64,000 nucleotides of DNA, from contig CM060731.1 in assembly GCA_030704615.1 (NCBI GenBank), forward strand, positions 86,862,001-86,926,000, read 5' to 3'. The stretch comes from Takakia lepidozioides. Its lineage: Eukaryota > Plantae > Bryophyta. Both the position numbers and the translations under genes were made by a program. Positions 1-11,682 of this stretch are shown in pieces (within the stretch, counting starts at the first letter, position 1; each line of letters begins with the position of its first letter). Under the pieces are notes generated by a model. That model made no database searches. It was not told the origin of the DNA and worked only from the letters and a program-made list of their open reading frames with translations.

Positions 1-900
1 TTGCACCTCTGGAATCTCTGTCTTAAGCTTTTAGCTTCTTCAAAGAATTCCGGCTCCAAATCAGCTCTTACTTTCACCATCCTCGGTTCCTCTTTAGTTC
101 CCACATTCACTTCCCTCACCTGCTCATCAGTTGTGATTGTCCAACCAGTCACCACTTCATCATGTAAGCTCACAGTGGCTGGTTCCTCTAGGATTTCCAT
201 TTCTCCTTCTCTTTCTTCATAGAAATGTGATGGGTAACTGCTGGTTTCCTCTTCAGTTGGTGTTGCTGTCACTACACCACAACAGATACCTCTTAAACAA
301 CTTAGGCTTTCCAGCCGCATCTCTGCAACCTGCTCCCACTCTGGGTGTGCAGTAAATAGGGTAGCTTCCTGCTCCTCATCCAGTCCTCCTTTCCAGTCAT
401 ACTCTCTGACTCCTCGAGGTCTTCTTGTAGCAGGTAATCTACTAGATTTCTTTGTGGTAATTTGTATCTCGTGTATCCCATTATGCACGGTTAGTAACTG
501 AGAATTCCAGTCATGGAATACCCTGGCCTGTTTCAGCCACGGACGTCCCAATAATAAGGAGTAAGCCTCCATGACTTCATCCATCTTCAACACAGTTACT
601 GTGATCATAAAGATCATCTTCTGTATCTGTATCTTAACTCCTCTTATTAATCCCAATGGCTTGTACACTTCTTTGATCTGCCATTGTTACTGTAAATGGG
701 GCTGGTTTCATGTTACTTAGACCAAGCTTCTTTCTTAATTGGTCTGTCATGATATTTACTCCAGAACCTCCATCTATCAGTACATCAGTTAGTTCTGTGC
801 TTCCAATTCTCAATTGGATTACTGGCATAGAATCATCAAAGTCCATGACTGTTCTCGCCCTTCCGGCTTCACATTATAACTGGTCACCTTGCTGTTCAGT
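1..900 (-). pseudogene. pol: pol 5' part (aspartic protease and linker) of gypsy copy A, frameshifted
   Basis: ORF 634-846 contains VLIDGGSGVNIM; sequence is colinear with the longer pol at 35011-36297. Confidence 0.88.
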
Positions 901-999
901 CTGTGTTTCCTGTCTCCTGGGCAATTCGATTGATTGCTTGATACAGCCTGTGCCTACAATAAGGTGCCACAGCCAATAGCTGTCCAATGGTAATTTCTG

Positions 1000-2089
1000 C
1001 TTTGGTCTGGCATATTACTTCAGCCAAAGTCTCTCATTACTTTGCATGTCTGCATCTTCTTTCTTCCTTTCATCCTCACTCCCTTCTTCTTCTCCATCAG
1101 AATTGGAGGAACCTGCCATAGGAATATCAGTACTCTTCTACATTTCCCTTATGGTATCTGCCACTTCCTTGTGCGGTTCCTTCTCATCTCTCCAAGCCTC
1201 ATCTTCAGGCATATCACTGCCACCTTCATTATCATCTTCTTCCTCTATATGGAGGTATTAGTTTGGCTTTACTTCTTGTTACTATCATTGTACTTACTTC
1301 TGGTACAACACATGGCCTAACCATGTGAGCTGCCACCACTGGGCCCTCATTCACAGGAGCTCTCATCTCATTCTGGTGTCTTATCCAGAATGAACAGGCT
1401 GCCCTGCGATTGTCCTGGCTGATTACAATAGTAACATAGTCTTCACCATTGGGTCCTCGCCCTTGGTCTGTTCTTGGATTATTTCTGTAATCCTGATTCC
1501 CGGGCTGGTAATTCCCCCTTGGATTACCCTGATAGTTGCCCTCTGGAATTTCCTTGGTAATTTCCTCTTGAATGACCTCTCCCTTCCATGCCATTGTTAA
1601 ACCACCAGACCTACCATAGTGGTCTTGATCATTGTTTCTTCTTGGCTGGGGCTGCACCTGATGCACCCTTACTTGCCTAGGTTCTCTTGCAGCTGTCCTT
1701 CTGTTGTAGTAACAATTCTCAGTAGAATGGTTATCCATTTTACAGATAGTACAGTGTTTCTCCTTCATGTGGCATTCTCTGGTGGTATGGCCTTCATTCT
1801 GGCACTTTGCACACCATACACCCTTCCTCCAATGTGTTGCAGCCTCTGTGGCATACTTCTTCAAGATTTCTTCCAATTTTTTTTCATAGTTATCCCTCTT
1901 CAACTTCTCATTTCTCTTACTCTTCCTTTCTAGTTCTTGCTCTTCTTCTTCATCTGACTCATCCTCAGAGTCCTCATCATCCTTTCTCTTCCTGAGCATT
2001 CCCAATTGCTCAATTCTGTTTGTAGTTTCAAATGCCTCCTCCACTGTATTATGAGGTAACATATCCACTTTCTTTTGCAACTCTGGTCT
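1000..2089 (-). pseudogene. gag: gag C-terminal part (nucleocapsid) of gypsy copy A
   Basis: LRPELQKKVD continues WFVSGLRPE across the MULE insertion; CX2CX4HX4C knuckles CAKCQNEGHTTREC and CTICKMDNHSTENC. Lower boundary approximate. Confidence 0.88.
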
Positions 2090-2547
2090 GAGGTTTGCTA
2101 TTTCATGAGCATGAGCGGCATGAGCGGCATGAGCGGCATGAGCAGAGTAGTAACACAATCGGTTTTCATGAGCAGAAGTACAAATTTCGAAAATAAAAAA
2201 CAATAAAAAACAATAATTTAATGCAATGTGTCAGGAAAAACAAATATATTAATCGGCCCCTTGAAGGGAAAATTGCACTTTTGACAGTTGTGCTCATGAT
2301 ATTTCGTCTTCCGCTCATGCCAATTCCCAGCGACATGTGCAAATATGGCGCCGAATTTCGCGGTAATAATAGGGTCCGTAACCTGAAAAACGGCGACGTA
2401 TTTCGCGGTAATAGGTCTCTCTGGCGAAAAATGGGAACGAATTCCGCGGCTATAGGTCCCCTCATGACAGGTAATTCAGCGCCATTTTTCCAGTGCATGT
2501 TCGGACTTAGCCAGTTCGGACTTAGCATTTTCAGACGTGCAACTCAC

Positions 2548-4634
2548 CTCCCGCATATAGTCGCCGAACTGGAGAGAACGATAATGCCACCATGCTAGCC
2601 AACTGACCATTGCTCCCTCGTCTGATTTCCTTACAACACCTGACGATGTCCACCAAGCCCGTATGCATGCAAACTGTGTCTCTGCATCATCCAAGGTAGG
2701 AGCGCGCTTCCACGCAAGGCACATGGAACGGTGCTCCTCTCTGAAATCTGGCGCCACGAGCCTGGTTGTGTACTGCGAAAGGCTTTGCAGAAAATGGAAC
2801 CCACAAGATCTCTCCTTGCCTTCCATGGGAACATTGGGGTCTTGCCCGTACACCCTTCGGATGGCAGCCCAATTTGCTTGTGCGTTGTCTGCCATGAAAC
2901 CACGGAAATTCGGAGGGGGCAATCCCGCCTTGGCCATCTGTTCGTTTATTCCCTGCCAAAGAAGCATCTCCGATTGTGTGTCCTCTCCTTTCATCTCACA
3001 AATAGCAATTGTCATTAGCATCCTGCAGTGGGTGTCGTAGACATGTGCACCCATTGTCACCCACTGGTGATTTGTAATTCACTTGATATGGTCGAACATG
3101 ACCAAACTGTTTGACAAGTTCCTACTCGTCATCCTGTCAACCAGTTCGACGCCGCTGCCAGGTCCACACGTGGACATTTTGAATACGAAACAACGATCTG
3201 CCTCAGTCCATTGTCCTGGAAACCTACTTCCATGAATGTAGTCATATCCACATCGTCGCTTCACCTCCATAATGGAGTGCATATCCGAGCCACGCCCAAT
3301 TTTCTGTTTGCATGAGACAGTGTGGTTTCGGACATTCGGTGAACATACGTGGGACACCGACTCCAGCAATGCCTCCATTTCCTTCTCGTCGAGAGGAACT
3401 CTATCGGAGCCGTCTTCCGACATAATTCTGGCCAATGCCATCTTATGGGCGGCTTGGAGCTGTATCTGTTTGGGTTTGGCACCCGATCTCAACTTAACCT
3501 CCTCCTGAACGAGCTGCTCTGCTTCGTGGGCAGCCTCCCGCGAGTTCCCCCTCGCCAATTTGTGACAATGGGAACCAACGTGTATGCAAGCTGGTGTGAG
3601 GTCAGGGAAACGGTGCAACACATAGAACTGCTTGGCATTACAAACAGACATGCAGTGTGGTGGTTCTTTGCAATGCGCACACAATGTGGAGTTCGGAACC
3701 TTCTCCTGAGCTCGAAATGGTTGATGAGCTGTGCCTGTCCAATCGGTCTCGTTCCTGTGACCTCTGGATTTAAAGTGGAAGCAAGTTGGGGAGAGAAACA
3801 CCGCAACGCGCCCGCACAAACAACGTAGCGCACCCGCACACCATCGAGCATCTTCATGCTGGTGGTTTTGGTAACGCACCAAGGATGACCGTCATGTTTT
3901 CTATCCATATCTGTCAACATTCCGGACGCCCTCGAGTAGTCCGCCCGAGGAGGGAACTCAAAGAAGATATTACCGTCGACGTCGGCGGGAAGGCATGTAA
4001 CCGATTTAATTGCGAACTTGCTGTAGTCCAGCCCGGCCAGCTCCGACCGGTGTCCCTCCAAGTGAAGCCCTCGCAGAATTTCAAGAATAGATCGAACTGC
4101 GGTGCTCGTGCTGGGAATATGACTCCCTCCTCCACTGACGTCCATTGAGGACTTGCCTGATCTCCAGGACGACCTCGGAACTTCCATGACCTCGTCTGAG
4201 TCGGACAGGTTGTGAACAACCCGGTTCTGGCTCGTCTTCATGGATGGGTTCGGCTCTAGATTTACTTCGTTGCGGACTTCTCTCTTTGAGGTAGCCACTC
4301 TCTGATTCGCGGATTGTTTCGTGGAAGGCGCCAGGATAGAAGGTGCATTTGGCGGGCAAATAAAGTCCCCAACAGCCCTGTATATGACGCTGTCCAATGG
4401 TGGAACTCGCCATTCCCTGCCATCGCCGAAATCATCGTGGAGCATAACAATACTGTCGACAACAAGGCCGTTAGAGTCCTTCCTTTCCTCCTCCAAAAAA
4501 ACCGACCCCGGTTTCAGGTGGTATCGAACGCACAGATATTTCTCCATCACCCGGCAGGTGTCCCATCTGCACGGAAATGAAGCTCTATGCTCGTGAGGAG
4601 GGCAGTACACTGTAGCGCTCGGGTTTTCCGCCAT
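2548..4634 (-). pseudogene. MULE transposase, truncated (Zn finger plus first two catalytic Asp; last exon missing)
   Basis: MAENPSAT start; Cys/His finger (CAGALRC...CAHC...C...HVGSHCH); VMFDH, FMADNAQA and CGFH motifs; frameshift near 3790; in-frame TGA at ~3079; ends at a GAG|GTGAGT donor with no TNxxES/SWIM exon downstream. Confidence 0.87.
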
Positions 4635-4942
4635 GGGAGATGTGCACACAAGACTCCCAGGATGGAGTGCGGGGAAGCTCCCTGGTAGAAGGGGGATGCA
4701 GCGATATAAGAATGAATGCGATGCCGATTTGTCCGAGCGACGAAGCCTGATCCAAATCCAGGGAGCCAACTATCTCAAAAATCCACAGTCAGAGTGTTAA
4801 TGAACCTTGTCTCCGGAATGCGGCCCCTGGTCTTTGCGCAATAACTGCCAACGGTATGCAGTCAGAAAGTGGGGGGCCGTCCGGATGATGACGGCTGAAG
4901 GGGAGAAGCCGGCACCGTGCCGTCACATTACTACCCCCGAAT

Positions 4943-5870
4943 GGAAATTCGGCACCCAATATCCAACAGGGGAAGCCCGGATGAAGTCGCCTCGGGCGCA
5001 GAGGCCGGCGCGTGTGCGACAGAGAACATCCCCTGGATGGAGATTCGGCGCCGAATTTCCATCCAGCAGGTAAAGGAAGTCGTGTCGGGGGGTCAGGCCG
5101 AAAACTGGCCGGCATAAAAACATCCCTAGATGGAAAAACGGCGCCGAATTTCCATCCGGGGCGGTTCGGATGCAGTCGGGGAGGGGGGAGAGGCCGGCAC
5201 TTGGCCGTCACATTTCAACCCCCGGACGGAAATTCGGCACCGAATATCGAACAGGGGACGCCCGGATGAAGTCGCCTCGGGCGTAGAGGTCGGCACGTGT
5301 TCGACAGAGAGCATCCCTTGGATGGAGATTCGGCGCCGAATTTCCATTCGGGCCCCCCCAAGGAAGTCTTGTCGGGGTGTCAGACTGAAAACTGGCCGAC
5401 ATAAAAACCTCCCCAAATGGGAAAACGGCGCCGAATTTCAATCCGGGGCCATTCCAATGCGGTTGGGGAGGGGGGAGAGGCCGGCACTTGGCCGTCACAT
5501 TTCAACCCCCGGACGGAAATTCGGCACCGAATATCGAACAGGGGACGCCCGGATGAAGTCGCCTCGGGCGTAGAGGTCGGCACGTGTTCGACAGAGAGCA
5601 TCCCTTGGATGGAGATTCGGCGCCGAATTTCCATCCGGGCCCCCCCAAGGAAGTCTTGTCGGGGTGTCAGACTGAAAACTGGCCAACATAAAAACCTCCC
5701 CAGATGGGAAAACGGCGCCGAATTTCAATCCGGGGCCATTCCAATGCGGTTGGGGAGGGGGGAGAGGTCGGCACCTGGCCGTCATATTTCAACCGCCGGA
5801 CGGAAATTCGGCACCGAATATCCAACAGAGCGGCGGAGGAGCCGGCACCTCTCCGACAGAGACCAGCCCC
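4943..5870. repeat. ~287-bp tandem units, each with three palindromes spaced 93-96 bp
   Basis: Unit recurs at 5192 and 5479; palindrome starts at 4943, 5039, 5132, 5228, 5324, 5419. Confidence 0.9.
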
Positions 5871-5875
5871 CGGAT

Positions 5876-7130
5876 GGAAATTCGGCGACGAATTTCCACC
5901 CAGCAGGTAAGTGCAATCCCGGATGGATGGAAATCCGGCGCCGAATTTCCATCCAGCAGGTAAGTGAAATCCCGGATCGATCGAAATCCGGCGCCGCATA
6001 TCCATCCTGCAGGTAATTCGAATCCCGGATGGATGGAAATTCGGCGCCGAATTCCATCCAGCAGGTAAGTTGAATCCCGGATGGATGGAAATCCGGCGCC
6101 GAATTTCCATCCAGCAGGTAAGTGAAATCCCGGATCGATCGAAATCCGGCGCCGCATATCCATCCTGCAGGTAATTCGAATCCCGGATGGATGGAAATTC
6201 GGCGCCGAATTTCCATCCAGCAGGTAAGTTGAATCCCGGATGGATAGAAATCCGGCACCGAATTTCCATCCAGCTGGTAAGTCGGATCGCTGGCGTATGG
6301 ATATTCGGCGCCGAATTTCCATTAGGCAGGTATTTCATCGCTGAGAATTACCTTCCTGCAGGTAATTCTGATCGATGAATTACCTTCCTGCAGGTAATTC
6401 TCAGCGATGAATTACCTTCCTGCAGGTAATTCTTATCGACGAAGGTAGGAAGGTAATTCCTCGCTCAGAATTACCTGCAGGAAGGTAATTCATCGCTGAG
6501 AATTACCTACAGGAAGGTAATTCATTGATCAGAATTACCTGCAGGAAGGTAATTCTCAGCGATGAAATACCTGCAGGATGGAAATTCGGCGCCGGATTTC
6601 GATCCATCCGGGATTCCAGTAACCTGCTGGATGGAAATGCGGCGCCGAATTTCCATCCATCCGGGATTCGAACTACCTGCTGGACGGAAATTCGGCGCCG
6701 AATTTCCAATCATCCGGGATTCCACTTACCTGCTGGATGGAAATTCGGCGCCGAATTTCCATCCATCCGGGATTCGAATTACCTGCAGGATGGAAATTCG
6801 GCGCCGAATTTCCATCCATCCGGGATTCGAATTACCTGCAGGATGGAAATTCGGCGCCGAATTTCCATCCATCCGGGATTCGAATTACCTGCAGGATGGA
6901 AATTCGGCGCCGGATTTCCATCCATCCGGGATTCGAATTACCTGCAGGATGGAAATTCGGCGCCGGATTTCCATCCATCCGGGATTCCACTTACCTGCAG
7001 GATGGAAATCCGGTGCCGGATCTCCATCCATCCGCTCTCCGACCAACCTTGCGGATGGAAATCCGGTGCCGGATTTTCATCCATCCGCTCTTCGAATTAC
7101 CTGCACGACGGAAATTTTTCCGCGCCGACC
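5876..7130. repeat. 53-bp-period array of GGAAATTCGGCGCCGAATTTCC arranged as a large inverted repeat centred near 6450
   Basis: Starts at 5876, 5929, 5982, 6035 on the left and 6580, 6633, 6686, 6739, 6792, 6845, 6898, 6951, 7004, 7057, 7110 on the right; spacer orientation flips around a core of AATTACCTTCCTGCAGGTAATT repeats. Confidence 0.93.
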
Positions 7131-7139
7131 TAGTTGGCG

Positions 7140-7653
7140 GATGGTAATCCGGCGCCGGATTTCCATCCATCCGCTCTTGGAATTACCTGCATGACTGGAA
7201 AAATGGCGCCGAATTTCCGATTTTGGTGCAAGTCAGATCTGGGACTTAGCCATTTTCGGCCCCGAAATGGAAAAAGGCGCCCAAAAAAAAAAAAAAAAAA
7301 AAAAAAAAAAACGCCATTTTTCCATGTCGGGGCCGAAAACGGCTAAGTCCCAGATCTGACTGGCACCCAAAATCGGAAATTCGGCGCCATTTTTCCAGTC
7401 ATGCAGGTAATTCCAAGAGCGGATGGATGGAAATCCGGCGCCGGATTTTCATCCATCCGCTCTTCGAATTACCTGCACGACGGAAATTTTTCCGCGCCGA
7501 CCTAGTTGGCGGATGGTAATCCGGCGCCGGATTTCCATCCATCCGCTCTTCGAATTACCTGCATGACTGGAAAAATGGCGCCGAATTTCCGATTTTGGTG
7601 CAAGTATGATCTGGGACTTAGCCATTTTCGGCCCCGAAATGGAAAAATGGCGC

Positions 7654-7687
<34 letters not shown>

Positions 7688-8029
7688 GCCATTTTTCTTG
7701 TTAGGGGCCGAAAACGGCTTAGTGCCAGATCTGACTGGTACCCAAAATCGGAAATTCGGCGCCATTTTTCCAGTCATGCAGGTAATTCCAAGAGCGGATG
7801 GATGGAAATCCGGCGCCGGATTTTCATCCATCCGCTCTTCGAATTACCTGCATGACGGAAATTTTGCGCGCCGACTTACCTGGTGGATGGAAATCCGGCT
7901 CCGGATTTCCATCCATCCGCTCTTGGAATTACCTGCATGACTGGAAAAATGGCGCCGAATTTCCGATTTTGGTGCCAGTCAGATCTGGGACTTAGACATT
8001 TTCGGCAACGAAATGGAAAAATGTCGCCG

Positions 8030-8065
<36 letters not shown>

Positions 8066-8750
8066 GCCATTTTTCTTGTTTGGGGCCGAAAACGGCTTAG
8101 TGCCAGATCTGACTGGCACCCAAAATCGGAAATTCGGCGCCATTTTTCCAGTCATGCAGGTAATTCCAAGAGCGGATGGATGGAAATCCGGCGCCGGATT
8201 TTCATCCATCCGCTCTTCGAATTACCTGCATGACGGAAATTTTGCGCGCCGACTTACCTGGTGGATGGAAATCCGGCTCCGGATTTCCATCCATCCGCTC
8301 TTGGAATTACGTGCATGACTGGAAAAATTGCGCCGAATTTCCGATTTTGGTGCCAGTCAGATCTGGGACTTAGCCATTTTCGGCCCCGAAAATAAAATAA
8401 AAAGAAAATAAAAATAAATAAATAAACGCCATTTTTCCAGTTCGGGGCCGAAAACGGCTAAGTCCCAGATCTGACTGGCACCCAAAATCGGAAATTCGAC
8501 ACCATTTTTCCATTTCTGGGCCCAGTCAGATCTGGGACTTAGCCATTTTCGGCCCCGAACTGGATAAATCGCGCCGAAAAAAAAAAAAAAAACAAAAAAC
8601 CGATATTTTTCTAGTTCTGGGCCGAAAACGGCTAAGTCCCAGATCTGACTGGCACCCAAAATCGGAAATTCGGCGCCATTTTTCCAGTTCTGGGCCCAGT
8701 CAGATCTGGGACTTAGCCATTTTCGGCCCCGAACAGGAAAAATGGAAGTT
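7140..8750. repeat. ~375-bp higher-order repeat of fold-back units with poly(A) loops
   Basis: CAGATCTGGGACTTAGCCATTTTCGGCCCC...(A)n...GGGGCCGAAAACGGCTAAGTCCCAGATCTG; A-tracts at about 7283, 7655, 8030 and 8391; another unit at 9254-9540. Confidence 0.9.
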
Positions 8751-9719
8751 GAAGACTCCCACAAGCTGAAACCATACTCCACACATGCACCACTTGCTTC
8801 CTTAACACCCGAGCTCTTCTTGAACTCCTCAAACCCTGCAACACTTGCAGAACAAGAGCTTCTTCACAAGCTCTCAAACTTTCAATGATGCTCTTCTTGA
8901 AGACCTCCTCTTGTACATAAACACCACAAGACTTTCTTCTTGCAAATCCTGCAACAGCTTGTAACTTAAGAGCTATCTATCAAGCTCTTTTCCACACACA
9001 AGTGTTAACTATGCTAACACCTTGCACTTATAGATGTAAGCAGGTCTTCTTCTAGTGATACGGAAATGGTGAAAAGAGGAGAAACCATTCTATCACGTTA
9101 TATAAGTCAAGCCAATGGCACCTTTGCTAAAAGACTCCACCATACAGACCTCACCCACTCTCCATCTCAAGTACTAGAGCGAGTTCAATTGGCTCAACTT
9201 TTGTTTGACCACATGTTTTTTGAAAGCAGAGGCATAGCCAGTGGGTACTTTCAGGGCCGAAAATGGCTAAGTCCCTAGAGTGGCTGGCACCAAAATCGGA
9301 AATTCGGCGCCATTTTGCCAGTTCCGGGCCCAGTCAGATCTGGGACTTAGCCATTTTAGGCCCCGAACTGGTAAAATGGCACCGAAAAAAAAAAAAAAAA
9401 AAAAAAAAAACGCCATTGTTCTAGTTCGGGGCCTAAAATGGCTAAGTCCCAGATCTGACTGGCACCAAAATCGGAAATTCGGCGCCATTTTTCCAGTTCC
9501 GGGCCTAGTCAGATCTGGGACTTAGCCATTTTCGGCAAGTAAATGCAATAAAATGTTGCATTTCAAGTCCACTGGTGCCACATTCCAACTTCACATGACC
9601 CTATTTCCGTGCCTCCTAACCCTATTTCCGTGGACTTACAATGGTCTGCTCATGTTTTTTTTTTTTCTGCTCATGCTCATGCCGCTCATGCTCATGCCGC
9701 TCATGAAATAGCAGCCCCC

Positions 9720-10965
9720 CTCTGGTCTTAGTCCACTCACAAACCAAGTCTTCTGTAAACCGGGTGCTGGTACTGCAGCCAGCTTTTTCATCATCGATTC
9801 CATCTTTTCCATATACTCCTCAACAGTTTCATGCTTCTTTTGCTTTAACTGTTGTAAACTCCCATACACTTCATCATCAGTTTTACTTGTCCTGAACCTA
9901 TTTCGGAATGCTGTATTCAAGCCATTCCAGGTTATGAAATGATTATCAGGGAATCTTGCATACCATTCACTTGCTTTCTTTATAAGTGAACAAGGAAACA
10001 ATCTCATCTTGGCATCATCGCCATTCTCATTGTTCACTATACACATGTGCTCAAATTGGCTAATGTGTACATCGGGATCCCCTTTTCCTGAATATATTGG
10101 AAAAGGTGGTTTTGCCCGTGTTGGTTGTAACACCATCTGTGGCCCTACTTTTTGCCCACTGACAGGTGCTGGCACCCTTGCTGGTGCTGGTCCTTCTGGA
10201 CCTGTTGTTTTTGTGGTGGATCTTCCACCAAGTGGTGGCCCTTGAGCACTCCCTGCTTCTGGCCCCACGATATTCACAGTATTCCCAGCTTCAGTTGCAC
10301 TACTTCCCACACTCCCTGTCCCCCCAGAGCCAGATCCAGGCAGCCCGCCTGATCCCCCTGAGCCGACACCTTCGTTGGCCTGTGATCCAAGTGCTCCACT
10401 TGATCCAGGTCCAACGGGTTGGGATGTCCTGGTTGTAGTCTCAACCTCAGCTGTTGGGTCTATTTCTTCATACTCTTCCTCTTCCAATTTCTTCTCCCTG
10501 ATTTCATCCTCCAAGTTCTGTCCTTGGGTTTCTTCTTCACTCATGTAACTCAACTGCAATGGTGTTGGAGAGCCTGAACTCTACGTTGGCTCTGCCACAT
10601 CCTCTCCTCCTTCTTCACCTTCCGCTTCAGAAACTGGAGTTCCTGCTTTTGGTGTTCCATGCCAACTCTTATCAAAGATTTCTGTCAAAACTTTTATCCA
10701 GGGATGTACCTCAGATCTTTCACCTCGTGATTGATCTTCTTCTCGTACCAATTCCCTTAATCTTTCTTGCAAAGAAACAGAAGGAGTGGCATCCAACTCT
10801 AGTTCTTCCGGTATGAGTAATACTCTTTGATCTTAATGGTGTGAGAGGTCCAGATGATTCCCCTATGTCTATTCCTCTCTCCCAAAGATATGGATAATTA
10901 GCTTTCAGATAGCTTTCTCTTTTTGCTGAATATCTCTGGCGTCTAGCTTCTCTTTCATCACTCAT
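9720..10965 (-). pseudogene. gag: gag N-terminal/capsid part of gypsy copy A
   Basis: Retrotransposon-gag-type sequence YSGKGDPDVHISQF...LFPCSL...WY...W..L..AF..RF...LKQKKHETVEEY; the upstream part (10560-10965) is broken by a stop and a frameshift, so the start is uncertain. Confidence 0.85.
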
Positions 10966-10986
10966 GTCCCATGTATTTCATTTCTT

Positions 10987-11682
10987 TTAATGTGGCAATA
11001 ACCAAAACTCTCTTCTGTAATATCTCTCGTATATGCCTGGGTTTCTTTCAAGCTTCAATGCACCCTTGGCTATACTTGAAGTCTCCGTTACCATATAACC
11101 ATATGGCAAACAAGTCTGAAAAGCTGTTCTTGGTGTGAGTTTGATCCACAAAATATCCTTTGGAATCCAATTCTTTACCAGTACAAGCTCTTCATGCATA
11201 TGAGTATAAACATTCACCTTTCTTTCTTCCCAGCCTTCAAACTCTACTCGCTTAATGGATAGCAATGCTATCACATAAACCAACGTTGGTAACCAACGTG
11301 CTCTTCCTTTACAGGCTACCTGATAAATCTTTATCACTCCTTTCTCCAGACCCCATTCCGGATCAGCATCATGCACTCGCTTAAGAATATTTTCTTTACA
11401 ACCGTCTGGCAATTCCAAGAACCTTTGAAAGAATTGTTTGGACAATCTTTCTTCCTTCGTTCCACAGGGAATTTGATTCACTTCAAATTCTTTAATGGTC
11501 CACCCACCATGATCCCACCAGATGCCTGTCACATCTGGTTGTTCATGACTCAGTTCCCCAGTATGGTCGCCAAATGTCGCGCGACTTTTACTCACCCATC
11601 CCTTCGCTATCCGAGGCGGAAACTCCAAGATAGAAGAGTTGGAAATCTCTAAGTACTCAGCCCGCTCAGAACAATCAGTCAT
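10987..11682 (-). CDS. Putative extra ORF upstream of gag, unknown function
   Basis: 231-codon open frame starting in the LTR end, crossing the PBS and stopping ~20 bp before the gag region. Confidence 0.4.
   Translation of the reverse strand: MTDCSERAEYLEISNSSILEFPPRIAKGWVSKSRATFGDHTGELSHEQPDVTGIWWDHGGWTIKEFEVNQIPCGTKEERLSKQFFQRFLELPDGCKENILKRVHDADPEWGLEKGVIKIYQVACKGRARWLPTLVYVIALLSIKRVEFEGWEERKVNVYTHMHEELVLVKNWIPKDILWIKLTPRTAFQTCLPYGYMVTETSSIAKGALKLERNPGIYERYYRREFWLLPH
11555..11572 (-). other. Primer binding site, tRNA-Arg-like
   Basis: TGGCGACCATACTGGGGA lies 2 nt after the LTR-terminal CA; resembles Tat/Ogre-type TGGCGAC... PBS. tRNA identity is inferred. Confidence 0.8.

Larger units (their letters stand above)
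2090..9719 (-). mobile_element. Mutator-like element copy 1 (subfamily 1, defective, 7.6 kb)
   Basis: Ends GAGGTTTGCTATTTCATGAGC (2090) and GCTCATGAAATAGCAGCCCCC (9719) with subterminal CATGAGC(GG) repeats; perfect 9-bp TSD CTCTGGTCT at 2081-2089 and 9720-9728; splits gag cleanly. Confidence 0.93.

Noticed and set aside
1232-2203. 323-aa ORF with AHAAHAAH repeats as a real protein
   Set aside because: The N-terminus is the MULE TIR read in frame into the interrupted gag.
4789-8782. Many 60-220 aa ORFs (MEIRRRISIH..., GWKFGAEFPS...), also in the other arrays
   Set aside because: Artefacts of stop-poor palindromic repeats open in several frames on both strands.
2090-9722. Sola-type element with GAG...CTC termini
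   Set aside because: The apparent CTC belongs to the 9-bp TSD; the other insertions give 8-9 bp TSDs and the DDE, CxFH and SWIM motifs fit Mutator.
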